Of a DNA stretch of 64,000 bases, positions 1-15,000 are shown one piece after another; position 1 is the first letter of the stretch; each line of letters starts with the position of its first letter. The notes under the pieces are model-generated. The model made no database searches and was not told the DNA's origin. It saw only the letters and a program-made list of their open reading frames with translations. The position numbers and the translations under genes were made by a program. The DNA comes from Owenia fusiformis (Eukaryota): positions 6,634,001-6,698,000 of the forward strand of contig CAIIXF020000001.1 in assembly GCA_903813345.2 (NCBI GenBank), written 5' to 3'.

Positions 1-3000
1 GCTTAGGGGCTTTAGTTTCTCCAGTCTCTAATTCAATTGTGTCAAATCCCAAGTTCTCTTTGGGTTGTTTTTCTGATTCTGCACTGGCTTCTGGTTTTCG
101 TACGTATGTGATAACAGCTACTATAAATGCTACTAGGAAATGCAATGTCAGCATTGTGTACGACCAGTGTGTCAAATAGATTCCCATTTTTGCTTTGTTT
201 TTTGCCTCCGCAACAGCTGCTATCCAATATCCGAGAGTGTATCCGCACAAAATGAATCTGTACACCAGAAATATCAAAGGATGCCATTTCCACTGAAGAA
301 AAGAAAAGAAGAATATTAGTACAAGAGCCAAAACTAAAAGTTTTAAAACATCATATTGTCCTTCAGATTTGTGCACCAGAAAATCTTGAAAAAATGAAAA
401 AACTGAATTGAAAAGCGGTCTATTTTCCTTTTCATGACCGCCATTTTTGTTTCAATTTTACAATTGACTCTTATGAAAGGTAAGTGGGTGTAATTAGTTC
501 AGCTTTATGGTACACACTGAACGGTTCAGTTGTCAAAGATTGAAAGGGGGAATATAATATCTATTTTTGCATTTGCCAAAAATTCGAATGGAGGCCTGAT
601 TCTCTCAGCTTTCCAATTGTGTATTGAAACCTCAGTGCAGATGAGGCCATTTATTTGACCCCAGTTTCTGCTACTATGCTTTTTATTGGATAAAGAAAAG
701 GAGAACACCCAAAATCTACCCTTTGCATTCGTTTGACTTCACTTCTTAAAAGAGAGCTTCGTCTTCACTCTTTCAAACTAAAATAAACCTGTGAACTCAC
801 CGCGCCAATCAATGTTCGTCGGCCAAATTTGACCGACGTTCTATATATGGTCATTCCTTCTGACGTCATCGTTTAGCCCGGAATTGACCAATGACATGCG
901 CATATTTAATTAGAACGCATTTGGCGTATGTTTCTTCAAGCTCGCTGATTGGTGGAAGAAAGGTCAGCGCGTAGGTCAGAAGTAATTTATTTCCCAAACT
1001 GTCACCGGTACCCGTCGTGGGGGTGGGGCTACTAAACTGCAATATGGTCTCTACTAGGCAGAGTGTAGTTTAACTAGACTCTGCACGCAGGGTACCCAAA
1101 ATCCGAAATTATGTCATTAGTCCACAATTCAGTTTCAGCTCCCTGCATGCAGACTATATGTCTTTATGGCAGCTGTAAGGTTCAGTGAGTTCATTGAGGA
1201 AAGTATATGCATTATGCAACATGTCAACATAACCAGCTTAAGGTATGATTATTCAGAATAAAGGGCTACCAAATTCAAATTTTAGGTGAACAACCTTAAA
1301 GGAATGTTTTGTTCATTCATGCAATGTTATCGCATTGACTTTGTGTAAGTTATGTAATCAGTATGATTACAAGCTGGTATAAATGGTTCACATATTTCAC
1401 TGGCATGTAGCGGCCCTGATATCGATAAATTCTACACGCAATATAACCCGATTTTAGATGCTTGGTTAAAACTTTACACGAAAAAGCCTCGATATCCGGG
1501 CATTTACTCTTACACTGAACTGAAAATAGCATCGTCTAAACGTGTATGTCTTGGCTTCCGGGTAAGTTTATCAACATTTATACTCAATTGAAAGAGCAGT
1601 CGTGCTTATATCGTGTACCAGTTTGATTGTTTTATATGTGTGTGTATTTATAATATGATAGTCTAGTAATACCGTGTCGTTAGAACAAGTGCTAGATATC
1701 GAACTGATGACCTGAAATTAGATTATTGGACTGATCGCGCATCTAATATTAGATGATTAATTTGCATTGAATCTGATATTAACTTGCAACCCAATACTAC
1801 AGTAAATACCATGACTTTACATTAGAATGATAACACGGCCTCATATTCTAATTCATTATACGTCCATTGCAGGCCAAAAATGTTTCAATGGGGATATTGT
1901 AATGCACACGAGAATACATTCGATTCGTATATATTGACACCCCAGTTGTCCGAAACCCAGTTGTCCGAAACCCAGTTGTCCGAAACCCAATTCCCCGAAA
2001 CCCAGTTGTCCGAAACCCATTACTCCGAAAAATAAAGTCATAATTTACCAGAGAAAGGGGGGGGGGCGTAGCTTACTTAAGCTTACGTCAGTTTCATGCC
2101 ATGTATTTGGCCAAATTAATGGCATGGACGCATTCTGATATTCATAGATCTCTCTCTCTCACTTTGAATTGCATCCATTGTATGGCGTTACCAGAATGGC
2201 AGGAACGGGAGATTTATTTTACATTGTGATTCTAAAAAAGGTTATTAAAACACAATATATATTACGGAACAGTTTATCTTATCTTCTTCAATCTCTTTTA
2301 TATAGGCAAAATAAAATGAAACATTTTGAAACAGATAAAATAAGGTATCGCATAGAACTTTAAGAATAAAACAGTATACAAATTACGTTGTCAAAATATT
2401 TCGTCGCATTTAATTTCTTAGTCTCAGTCTCTTATCAAATCGTAAAAGAATAAAACATTCTAAACTTAATCACTTGGGATTTATGTTTCGGCATTCGTTT
2501 CAGGCATTTGTTTTTTATGTTCTTCTCCTGAAATGTATTTGTTTGACAATAATCAGAGAAAGTGCGTATACGTATAAATATGCCACGCAAACAAACGGTG
2601 TGACTTCAATTTCTTGTCTGTCTGAGGACGTATTGGGAACGAGGTAGAATTAAAGAATTCTTATGAACAAATGTATTGGCTAAGTTAATTTCTGATGGAT
2701 CTGGATAAAATATATTTCAAAACTTTGTCAACACTAGATAACTTCATTTAGTCAGATATAGTATCTTGATATATTTGGCTATCATGCGTTTAAAATACGT
2801 TCCTAAAACTATGAAGACGTTGGGTGAAAATATTGCTATTGTACGTTCGAAAAGTATTTGGTTGTATTTTGTAGTTCTCAAGTTACCCATGAACTTTCGT
2901 GGGCTAATTAACGTCTTGAGTTAGCATATTTAGCCTAATTTTGCAATGATGTCAACGTGATTCAAATGTTATGCTGTCGTGATTCGCAGAGGTTGCGACA

Positions 3001-6000
3001 AGATTCGTTTTAAGAAATTGTATTTTTTGATAAGATCCCCTAATTTTCGGAGAACTTGGTTTCAGACAACTGGGTTTCGGAGAATTGAGTTTCGGACAAC
3101 TGGGTTTCGGACAACTGGATTGACCCCTATGAGGGTTGATCATACATCAATTGAACATGGAGATTTTCCTGTACACTTTTCCCAAACATGTGGAATAGAC
3201 TAGATGCGAGTAGAAATTATCTTGATTTATCCTATGCCAAGTAGGGTTTTAGGGAGATAAGTTGGTAAGATATATCCCGTATCCTGATTTTGAGGTTTCC
3301 ATATCAAGAACCTCCACATCTCCCGTCATATCTCCCGCTTCGGTGCATATCTTCCCGCTTCGGGGCGTATCTTCCCGCTTCCAAAAAGTGGAAATGCAAT
3401 AAAATGACTTTGCATATGAATGATTTGTTTATTTTTTACACCTTGTACTACTGAAAACTCTACTTGGTATAGGATAAAGCAGTTATGTACGGTCGGTTTG
3501 GATATTGGGTTCATCCCTCGTGAGATATGCACATCTACTTTCTGTCCCTACGGTCCCTCAGGTAGATATGCATATCTCCCTCTGGAAAAACCCCGTATCC
3601 AAAACCTCCCAGTACATAACCCTTATTTATCCCATGGTTACAAGGATATAGATCGAATATCACGTGAAGATATAATTGATACGTGGATGAAGATATATTT
3701 TAGCAAACAATTCCCAAATCATCGAATATCACTTTTGAAACCATCGAATATCACTTTTTGAAAGGTGATATTCGATGGTTTCAAATTGATATTCGATGGT
3801 TTCAAAAGTGATATTCGATGGTTTTGATTTTTTCAATTTTTTTTATTAATTCAGCAAAACGATTGTTTATGAATACCTAGCAAGAGCTCAAAAAGTTCAA
3901 TCATCTATTTATCTCAAAAAGACCTCAAAAATTGAGCTTGAATTAGAAATATGTCTTCTAAAATCTTCCTCGCCTGGACCTGATGGGATTCTACCATCAC
4001 TTATTAAGTCTGTAAGACAGTTTTTAATTGATCCGCTCTTGTATATATTTAACTTATCTTTTAAATCTGGTATTTTCCCAGACGCCCTCAAATTGGCCAA
4101 AGTAACACCTGTATTTAAAAAAGGAGTCACTACAAATCCTTCGAACTATAGACCAATTTCAGTTTTATCGGTATTTTCTAAATTGTTAGAAAAGCTCATG
4201 CACGCCAAACTCACTGGTTTTTTAGAACGTTTTGAAATTATTTTTACTTATCAATTTGGATTTCAGAAATTCAACTCTACCTACATGGCCATTTTATATT
4301 TCATTGAACAAATTCGAAAATCAACTGATTTGGGGAAAACGAGCATTGGCATAACATTAGATTTTTCCAAGGCCTTTGACACTATTAATCATGACATTTT
4401 GATACAAAAACTTGAATATTATGGCATCAGAGGAATAGCTAAGTCCTGGTTTGAAAGTTATTTAAAAGACCGCAAACAATATGTCACCATTAACAATTAT
4501 GAATCTAAACAATCATCTCTAAATTGTGGTGTTCCGCAGGGCTCGGTGCTTGGACCACTATTATTTATTCTTTACATAAATGATCTGCCTTTTGTTGACC
4601 CTAATCTAAAATTTATTATGTTTGCTGATGACACCAATCTTCTTGATAGTGATTATGATTTAAATGAACTAATGCAAACTTGAATTCAATAGATGACTGG
4701 ATAAAAGCAAACAAACTTTCACTTAATATTGGCAAAACCAATGCTATTCTATTTGGACCCCAAAAAAATCAAACAAATCTGAATCTCAAAATACGCAATG
4801 AGAACATAAATTTCCGGGATAAAATTGACTTTCTTGGAATTATTATTGATAAAAACTTGAAATTTAAAGAGCACATAAAATCTATTGAAACAAAGATTTC
4901 TCGCGTCATTGGTTCTCTTTATCACATTAAACATCTACTTCAAATAGACAGTTTCAAAACAATTTACTACTCATTGATACACTCTCAATTAAATTATTGC
5001 AACATAATCTGGGGTAACACATTTAAATCATTTTATGATCGTCTACATAAACTGCAGAAACAATTCTTAAGGCTAGCTTTAAATAAGGATAGACTTTCTC
5101 ACTCCGCTCCCTTATTTGAAGATCTTAACATATTAAATATTTTTGATGTCAACAGATATTGTACTGGTCAGTTCATGTACAAAATCTTTAATAAGCACCC
5201 CAGTCTTCCAAAAAATCTATTTCAAGACTTGTTTGATATCAACATTAATATTCATCATCATTACACAAGACAATTGCATTATTTTCATATCCCTAAATGC
5301 TCTAAACTTTCCCTTCGCTATCTAGGTCCTAATCTTTGGAATGCTCTACCACATGATATTAAAAAATGCTCCACTCTAAATATTTTCAAATCTTCATATA
5401 AAAAACTACTCATCTATCGATAATGTATAATACCAATATCATACTATACTGTTGATTTTATACTGATACCTGATTTTTGTAACATTTTTACATTGTACAT
5501 CCTTAGATTAATTGTTAATACCATTTTTATATACCTACATGTAACATAATATAAGTGTTTTCTTTTATATGTAGTCTAGATGTCATTTAAATGATTTCTG
5601 TTAGACCGCAACATATACCCACTAGGGTGTCTAGCGGCTTGTTTTTATAGTGTATATTATATAAGAAATATGAAATAAATTGAATTGAATTGAATTGAAT
5701 TATATATTTATTATATATTTTTATTTTTTGGGATCCTGTTTTTACGGCGTTCGCATTAAATACAAACCACTCTGTTACGTCACGTATATGACGTTCGTTG
5801 AATTATCGCAATCAAAATGTCAGACGAAATGGAATTTCCATTGCAATTTATCTGACTATTCAATGTTCGCTGGATAATAATTCCCAATGGGATGAAACGG
5901 ACAATCCTATAGTTTTTCAAAAATATCACTTATAGCCACTCATGGATATCAGTATCTTCACTCATTCGCTGCGCTCACTCGCGAAGATATCAATATCCAC

Positions 6001-9000
6001 TCATGGATATAAGTGATATTTTTTCAGAGCCATAGGATATTCCTATATTATTCCATAGTTAGCATGATATCCATAGGATAACATGTTCAAATAAAAACGG
6101 TATTTTTGAAATCAGTGGTAAAATATGATATTTTTGGCAAATTTTCACTTAACCATAGCATACGGTGTTTTAGCCATGACATGCGGCGCCGTATGCCATG
6201 GTTTATGGATTTTTGCTACTTTAGACTCAAAACGAGGCTAAGTGTCAATATCGCCGTATCGTTTGGAAAATTCGTTTTAGATCACTTAATTCCCGAAGAT
6301 TCTGATGATGACTTTAACTATGGAATATAAAGAACATCCTATGATTTACTCGTGATATGATTTTAATCTCTCGCTACGCTCACTCGTGCAGATATCATAT
6401 CCATTCGTGGATAAAAATCATATCACTCATAAATCATAGGATATCCTCTATTTAAGATGTGATATTCGATAGTTTAAAAGTGATATTCGATGGTTCGTAA
6501 ATTGTTTGCTAAAATATGATATCTTGATCCACATATCAAATATATCATCATGTGATATTCGATCTATATCCTCCTTGCAACCATGGGATAAAGCTTTACG
6601 TCCCGCTCCAAGCGGGCAGATGTAGTATATCTGCCCACTACGTCATAATCGCCGCTTGCATATTTGTTCATTTGTAACGTTCGCGGAATGACTGTAAACG
6701 GCAATGGAGAAAACACAGACAATCAGGGTCTGTTTGATAGTTAAAAAAGGGAGAGAGCATCCACTTTATCAATAAAAAATTCGAGAAAATAAATATGGGA
6801 TTATTTGAGAGAACATGAAAATCCGCCCAAGGCCAAGAAAACAAAACTGGACATGAATATTCTAAAATATTTCCACGATTTAACAATGTGAACCAGATGA
6901 CCAAGATTGGTATGGGATAAACATATTATCCTATAGTCAGGATATTGGGATTATCCCTTGGCCATTATATAGGGGTTATGCAATTGGAGGTTTTGGATAC
7001 AGGGAATATCCCGAGAGATATACAATATTTCTTCCCGAGGGACCAAGGGAAGACATATTATGTATCCCTCGGGATATTCCCTGTATCCAAAACCTCCAAG
7101 TGCATAACTGTTGTATATAGTTTAGCATGAAATGTACTTCTTTCTGTAACTGGAATACGATTCTAATATACAAGCAGCACATACGTATTCCCGGGGAACC
7201 ATAAATATTTTGTGTAGTGTGTGGACATTTTTCTTTTCATTTCTCTAAAATCAGATTATTCTCATAAAATTCATACAAAGTTGGGCCTAAGCCTCTATTT
7301 TCGTATTCTGCATGTTAAGATATTTATAATGTAAAACCTAAGAGATAAATTCAATGTCTTCAGTTGAGAATAAGTATAAGGTAAATGTGTGAATTCTGCT
7401 TGTTGTTGCACTATTTTTATAATAAACAAGGTTCGATTCGCAACACTGAATAGACTGCAGTCATAGCTTAGTTGTAAAGAAAACAAAAGAAGTTGGGACG
7501 TGGTCATGCTTGAATACGATTTTAAATATATCGCCGTTTACATTTGTTGAAATCGGCCTGTATTAATTTCAACAGGTGATCGGTGTACAAGGGCATATAT
7601 TTGAGTTATTGGTTTAACGATAAGTATGACCTATGAGTGGGTAACGTTTTACAAATGCATGAAACAAATACTCCAATGGCCTAATCTCAATTTTCCTGCA
7701 TAAACTATTACATTGAAATGATGGTCATTTGCTCTCTAACTTCTGCACCGCATACGTAACTTCGTAACAATTCAATAAGCCAAGACAGGACCGCTATAAT
7801 CGCTACATGCCAGTGATATTTGGTTATACTGTAAACCTTTCATATTAATGCTTGGCATGAAATCACCCAGTGGAAACATTTGACTTATTTTGTAACTACA
7901 AATGTACATGTATTGACACGCTCTTGTGCTTTCTTCCCTGGTCTGAATAGTGAATACACTGCTTTAGACAGTTTTAGTGCTTTCCTTCCTTTAAAGTCCC
8001 CGTTTAAAGTTTGAAAATATTTTATTATCATTCATTTACTATTTGTCAGGACTTAAAAAGTGATTTTAGAGCTTTTTGAACAAAAAAAAAAGTTGAAAAA
8101 AAAGTTGTGAGCATTTCATTTCTCAAATATTCAAATTTCCCGCCATTTTTCAAAAAAAGTTTAAATTTCTTAATCATCAAATATTTCTTAATGCATTTCA
8201 AAAAAGATTATCTTTTTAACACCAATGCAAAGATTGAACAAAGGACACACTTTTTCAATAATAAAATGCTATATTTAATGCGCCACTTCAATGTTTTAGC
8301 ATATCAAAAATATTTTGAAACATTAGTGATGTCACTAAGGTACCAAAAACTTTTTCAAAAAAATTGAAATTGTTTTTTCGATGTCAATCTTTTCTAAATA
8401 TGTTAGACTTTCATAAAAAACCAATGTTGATTGTCTAACCAGGTTAAAAGGAAGAATAAATTATGTTTTAGATATCATTGTACCATTGGTTTCTATGAGA
8501 ACTAAAATTTTGAAATGCAATTTTCTCAGAACCATTTTCATGCACTGATAAGTTCATTTCTCGCTTATCTATGAACCGGTTTTCTTAATTTTTTCGGCAA
8601 AAAACATGGGAGGATGAATGCTATGCATTGGTATTAATTGTGGCTAATTAGAAGATATGAGTGACCTCTAAAAGTTGGTTTTAAGAGGCACTATTTGTAA
8701 AAAGGGGGCAGGAGGTGGCACAGGTCAAATTTTATATTTCAAAAATTTCATTCTTATATGAAAGTATGACCATTGGGAAGCCAAAATATGTCATTCATTT
8801 TTCTCACAGATGATTGGTTAGTGTATGACACCGTTGCTAAGCAACCCATGTTTGTTGTATTTTTACAACCTAGAAAATGCACCAAAATCAGTAAAAAAAG
8901 ATATATTTCCAGCTTATGGTATGCTAAGAAGATGATCCAAAACCAGTTAATAACTATTTGATTTGTATATGGGACATGTTGAAGAGTTCATATGTATTGT

Positions 9001-12000
9001 TTATTATGACGTCACAATGGTTGCCATGGTTACGGAGCCTTTTCTGGAACATGGGTCAATTAAGAGACGAAATGGCACGCATCTTTGGACCCAGTTTGTT
9101 TAATAAGCCAGATGTCCCATGTAGAGTGGGTATTACTGTTGGAAAGAGGAGTATTAGAGCTTTCATAATCTGCAATAAAATAACTGGGATTTTGGGTTCC
9201 CAAGATTTTACAAGCATTTTACTTTTTAACTTTTTTTAGATGTTTTCGGCCATTTCTTCAAGTTTTCGTGATTTTAGTTGTAAACATGAGGGTCAATATA
9301 GACATCTTTGGATCCAATTTGCCAGAAAAGCCAGATGTCCCATGTACAGTGAGTATTACTGTTGGAAAGAGGAGCATTAGGGCTTTCATTATCTGCAATA
9401 AAATAACTGGGATTTTGAGAATCAAGATTTTACGTGCTTTTTACTTTTCCCATTTTTTCGCTATTTTTAGAGTATTTTTCAACTTTTTCATGATTTTAAG
9501 TTGCAAACATGATATTGTTTAGATGTAGCAATGATTATCATATTATATCTAAATTTGCCACATATGATATATGGAGAATAAGGATAAAATTACTGGCACA
9601 ATAAACCCTATTGGCCAAAATGGAATGATGTTAGGTCAATATAATTGTCTTAATAAAGTTCCCATGCCCAATTTTTCATTGCACAAATTTCCCAAAAAAT
9701 AACATTTTTATAACAAATAATGCGTTTTATCAAGCATGATTATTATTCAACCTTCAAATGGAATATAATCCTGTAATGCTAAATATCTAAGTATAAACAT
9801 CAAATTAGGGAAATTACTAAAAACCTTAAAGAAACCCAGAAAGAAAAGCAATCTCTAAGTGTAAACCTTATATCGGAAACTATTCAATAGCACAATTTCA
9901 AAGAGAGCCTGAATGTTTTAATTTTGCACCATATAATGCAAGAAGAATGGTAAATACAAAGCAATCCAACATCATTTTAGAGCTGTCAAGTGTCCCGCAA
10001 ATGGCGGGATTATTCCGCGAATTTGATCAAAATTAGGCTAATTCGCGTGTCCCGCAGTGTCCCACAACGTCCCGCAATGTTGGCTTTGACCTCCGAATAA
10101 AGTATTACAAAAGTTGTACGCATTACACTGAATTTGGTAAACACTAATTTATTATTGAAACCTGTATGCGTTACTTTCTCTTCCTCAGTGCTTTCATTTT
10201 TCCTGAAGTTTATGTTAATGTAAACGATATGTGAAGGTATAACGGAAACTGTATTAATATTCCTATGCATATTGTGTGAGATTGTATTGACGTTAATTTA
10301 ACACCGTGTTTAAGTTAAGTGCATTATATTTGATTAATCATCAGTATCTGAAAGTTGGTTTGAGTACTTTTACATTAAGTCCCAATCGCGCAAATCCCTT
10401 GAATGTCCACCGACATCCCGCGAGTTTAGTGTACTTTGTCTAAAAAATCTGTCCCTCGATGAAGTCTTTGGTAGTTACCCTGTTAACTGTCCCGCAATTA
10501 GCGTGTTTGTTTATCTTTCAAGTGAAGTCCCCATGATGATAAAAATATCAATTGAACAATTTGAGAAATTGTAAATACATAGGGAGCCCACGTCTACAAT
10601 TTTTTCAAAATGTTGAACTTATTTGCTCAAAAGAGGATATTTTTTTCTTATTTTTATTGCATGAAAACATTATTCAACAAGGGGTCTAAAACATCTTCAA
10701 AAGTAGAATGGTATTGAAAGTCTAATTTTGAAGATGTCAATCTTCGATGACCAAAATCATGCTGAAAACAATGGATAGCATGATTTTTCCCTAATATAAG
10801 GGAAAATAACATGGGAAATGTGGTTTTTAACTTTATCACATTTCAATACCCATGCCCTTTTCAGAAGTTATTAATATAGTGTAGAAGAAACTTTTGATAC
10901 GTTTAAATTGAGAAAAACAGATTCTCTTTTTAGAAAATAAGCCTTACATTTTTTTTAAAAAGTGACAAAGTGGGGTCCTAATCCATAATTTTTCGGAGAG
11001 TTGGGTTGGTATTTTACTATCATGGGGACTTCGCTTTAAAGAAAACATATAATTTTATTAAAAACCACTGTATTTAAACCCAGAAAATACTCATGGTGAA
11101 AGATATGACTGCCTAAAATCACTTGGCATACTGCACATGGACCTTCGATCAAAATTTGGCCTATTAGCGCAATCACGCAAATCCCATAAATGTCCCGCGA
11201 AATTTGACGAATTCAGGTGGATGTCCCGCAAAATCCCGGGAATTTTGGGCACTGGGTCTAAAAAATCTGTCCCCCGAGAAAGTCTTTGTTGGTTGATGCA
11301 GGACTGACAGTAATGACATTTAATGTTTGATGAAAACCCTTTTTAATAAATCCACATGGAAATACAATTTTGAGTAAATAATGACCAGAATGGAAATAAC
11401 CAATAGTATACCATATTTAAATGGGTCGTAGAATTGATACCTTCTTGGATCTTCTTTCAACGGAATATACTGAAGATTTTAACATTTTATTGGCACTAAG
11501 ACTGACAAAGCTGGTCCTGATTCTATTTAAGTAACTAGAAAACAGCCACTCCACGGAGTAGTAAATCCCACCGAACAAAACATGTTTTGATAATAGCCCC
11601 CATCTTGAAAAAAATTGCTTGAACAGAACTCCTCTTTCCCTAGGAATCAGCTTTGAGTCAAATCAGTCCGCTGGTATTTGAAGATTATATTTTTCTGAAA
11701 ATGGCAGCCATTTTGAAATTCAATGGCCTCTTGAAAAATGAGCAGTGCTCCGTTGTCTGAAAATGACAGCCGTTTTGAAATTCAATGGCCTCTTGAAAAA
11801 TGTCTTCTGCTAGGTATCAGCATATCGCGCATACAATTTCAACCAAACCAACTGGTATTTGGGTTATGGACGATAACATTTTTTTACAAAGAATGGTGGC
11901 CATCTTGCAATTTAGCTAAAATCTTGAAAATGTTTTCGTTATGAAAAATGGCAGCCATTTTGAAATTTATCGACCCTCTTGAAAATCTCTTCTTTATCAT

Positions 12001-15000
12001 AGCTCCTTTGTCCCTAGGTATCAACATATACACTTCGGACTAAATCCATCAACTGAGTGGCCATTTTGAAAATTCCTTCTAAGCTAAATTGTCCTATGCT
12101 CGAAAGGCATAAGCCTGTAAAAATTGAATCAAATTTGTCAACCAGTATTTGAGTTATCACCCAAACACATGGACAGTGGGACAGGAAGATGAATGAACGT
12201 TCTGACAGTTTTCCTGTATCCTCGTTTTGATGGGATAATAAAATGCGTAAACAAGAAGCCATCTCACTAGCTTATGTACTTTTGAGACTTTTATATAAGA
12301 TAAAATTAAGCGTGACAGTTGTACGCACAGGGTAAGGTACATCACGAGGATGATGCAATTTGAGCAAACTGATGTTTTCATCGTTTCAAAAAGATTTGGT
12401 CTAGTTTCTAGATATTTTAGATGTGAATGTATGTAACAACATCCAGTGAACAGACAGTGAACTTGACCGTGAATTTCATAATTAAACCTAAATAAATTCC
12501 AAATGTAGTATAGGGTATAACGCACGGGTACATTTACCTGAGATACTGTTTAGCGCAAATTCACATTCTTTGTGTTGTACCTTACCATTACGGCATGTCA
12601 TACCATATACTAAATTGGGAGTTTGTGTAGGTTTAATAATTATGAAATTCACCTGTCAACTGCAGGAGTTCCGCATGGATCTATTTTATGACCCATTTTG
12701 TTCTTTTTATACAGGGTGACACAAAACATGTAACTCACTAATTTTGGAATAACTTTTTCAACAATTAATGAATCTTCATATATGTTAGGTGTAGACAGAG
12801 TGTTCAATAGAAAAAGATTTCTATACTTGCATAGCATCAACAACTTGGAAATTTCCCAATTTTCTGTGTAGGTGTGCTCTGACACAAAATCACTCAAAAC
12901 TGTTAGAATTAAAAATCTGTTTTCCTTAAAATTTACCCAACAAGCGAGTCAGTTTATCAAATTTAACAGAAGATTAAAGAAAAATGGGTTAATATGTCAT
13001 ACTATTGATAATATATGTGTAAAGTAGTGAAAGCAATCCAGAAAGGACCGTATGCACTCTCCATTGGGATCTCCCCGTGAGAAAAAAATAATTCATCTGA
13101 TTTTTCAAAATGAGTATTCTGCTTTAATTATCACATTTATATGCACACTAGTATCTTGTTGACCTATATTCAGCACTGTTTTGATGTATAGGCCACTTAT
13201 TAGGGTCATAATTCAATCATGAAGTGTAGAGGCATAGATTCCAAACCAAGTATTTTTGTGTCTGTCAAAATCCATTTGCATCCTACCCATCCCTACATCT
13301 TATCCAAATATGTTACTACATAATGAAATATAATGGTATATTCTTTGGTTTTGCATTTGGTTTTGTTGATGGTTTTACAAAGATGTATGATTTTTGATAA
13401 GTGTAAAAGTTGTTTTTGGAGCATTTTTCTATAGCCATTTTGTAAGGAAAAAATGATGAAAAAATGTACAATCTTTTAATTTTAAGTATGACCTGAATCG
13501 ATTGCAACCTTCATATTTGCACATTTGATGAGATAAACAATTTGTGTCATATTGTGAAATTATTAAGTTTGCAATCGATACAGGTCAGAGTGTATTTTTG
13601 GGTATTTTTTTTGATAATCAATGGAAACCAATGGCCTCTATTGGGATCTGCTGATATCCTCATGTTGGAGGCTGAATAAATAGTGCAGAGACGTATCCAA
13701 CGATCATGGTCCCAGTGTCAAAATATATCAAATTTTGGATATTTCATCAAGGCTAACATCTATTTTCATTAGCTACAAAGAAAACCCCCGAACGTACCTA
13801 ATTTCTGCCGATATTCACAATCACTAAATGCCAGGGAATCATCTCCCGACATCGACAGAAAAAATCCTCACGTACCTTTTAATGATTTTCCCGGTCATAT
13901 TGTCATTGGATTCCAGCCCCGTTTTCACCTAAGGTTCTATCCAACATTCTGTTTCCTATATACCATGCGTGTGTCAATAAGATCTTGATATGGGCAGATT
14001 TGAGGTGTTTTAGTCTTCGATTTTTTTTTTCTTCGTCAGTGGACCAGGCTTACTGCAAGAGTCGCCGGTAATAGACCGTCAACGGCGGTCATATCCTGTA
14101 CATGCATAGGGTTATATCAGACAACCGCGGTTATACTGTAAACATGCTTACATGCGGTCTTACCTAATCTCAGCTGCAGTTAGAATTTCAAATGGCGGAC
14201 ATTCAGATATGTTTCAAAAAACAAAATGCGGGACGTCCAACCTTTCAATTGGTGGTATTCGTCGACAAGTGCATACATTTTAAGAAAATAGGTATGGCGA
14301 AGAAGACATTAGGCCAAACGTTAAACTAATAGCTCGGGAAAGGTAATATGATTCCAAAATTTCTTCTATGTTCTTTATTGAACCTTTAAGTCAATGATGC
14401 ACAGCCCCATGTAAGTCAATACAATCTATCTCAGCCAATGTGTGCCAAAGCACTTTTATACTTTTCAAAGAATTTATGACATTCTATTCTTCATGCTACA
14501 CTAAGAATGATTCATTTTGACCACAGGGGTATTTTCCAAAAACGCACCTCTTCCTTTAAGTAAATTGTATTTTTGAACATTTTTGATGATTTCACTGAGA
14601 GCATACCAGGACTGAAAACATGATAATTCTAAATCATTTTTCCATTGAACACTTTATCTATTCAAAAAGCTCATAGATTCCTTAATTATTCAGAAAGTTA
14701 TTCCAAAATTAGTGGGTGGTATTTTTTGTGTTATCCTGTACATTCATGACATTGCCGACATTGCCATTGAACACTTTATCTATTCAAAAAGCCCATAGAT
14801 TCCTTAATTATTCAGAAAGTTATTCCAAAATTAGTGGGTGGTATTTTTTGTGTTATCCTGTACATTCATGACATTGCCGATGAAGAGAGGAGGGAAACCC
14901 GAGGAGGGAAAGAGGAGGGAAACCCCCGGAGCTTTAGCAATAACAGACATATTATGTCTCTTGTGTACCACCTTTGTTTGCGCAAATTCTCACCAGTTGA

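Noticed and set aside
42..293. 83-aa ORF from the track (MEMASFDISG...)
   Set aside because: Wrong frame. The real exon starts at 292 after the CAG acceptor and reads WKWHPLIFLVYRF.
4676..4690. Programmed frameshift or two-gene arrangement in the LINE
   Set aside because: The break falls inside the RT region of a 5'-truncated copy with no slippery motif. A disabling deletion or sequence error is more likely.
8773..9522. Duplicated small ORFs mirrored at 16241-16806 as a gene pair
   Set aside because: They arise from the inverted repeat arms, use non-ATG starts and have no recognisable domain or splice structure.
14192..14345. ATG (MADIQICFKK...) as the MARS1 first exon
   Set aside because: No resemblance to a MetRS N-terminus. 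Its donor is phase 1 whereas the 19875 exon needs phase 0, and the later donor follows a stop codon.
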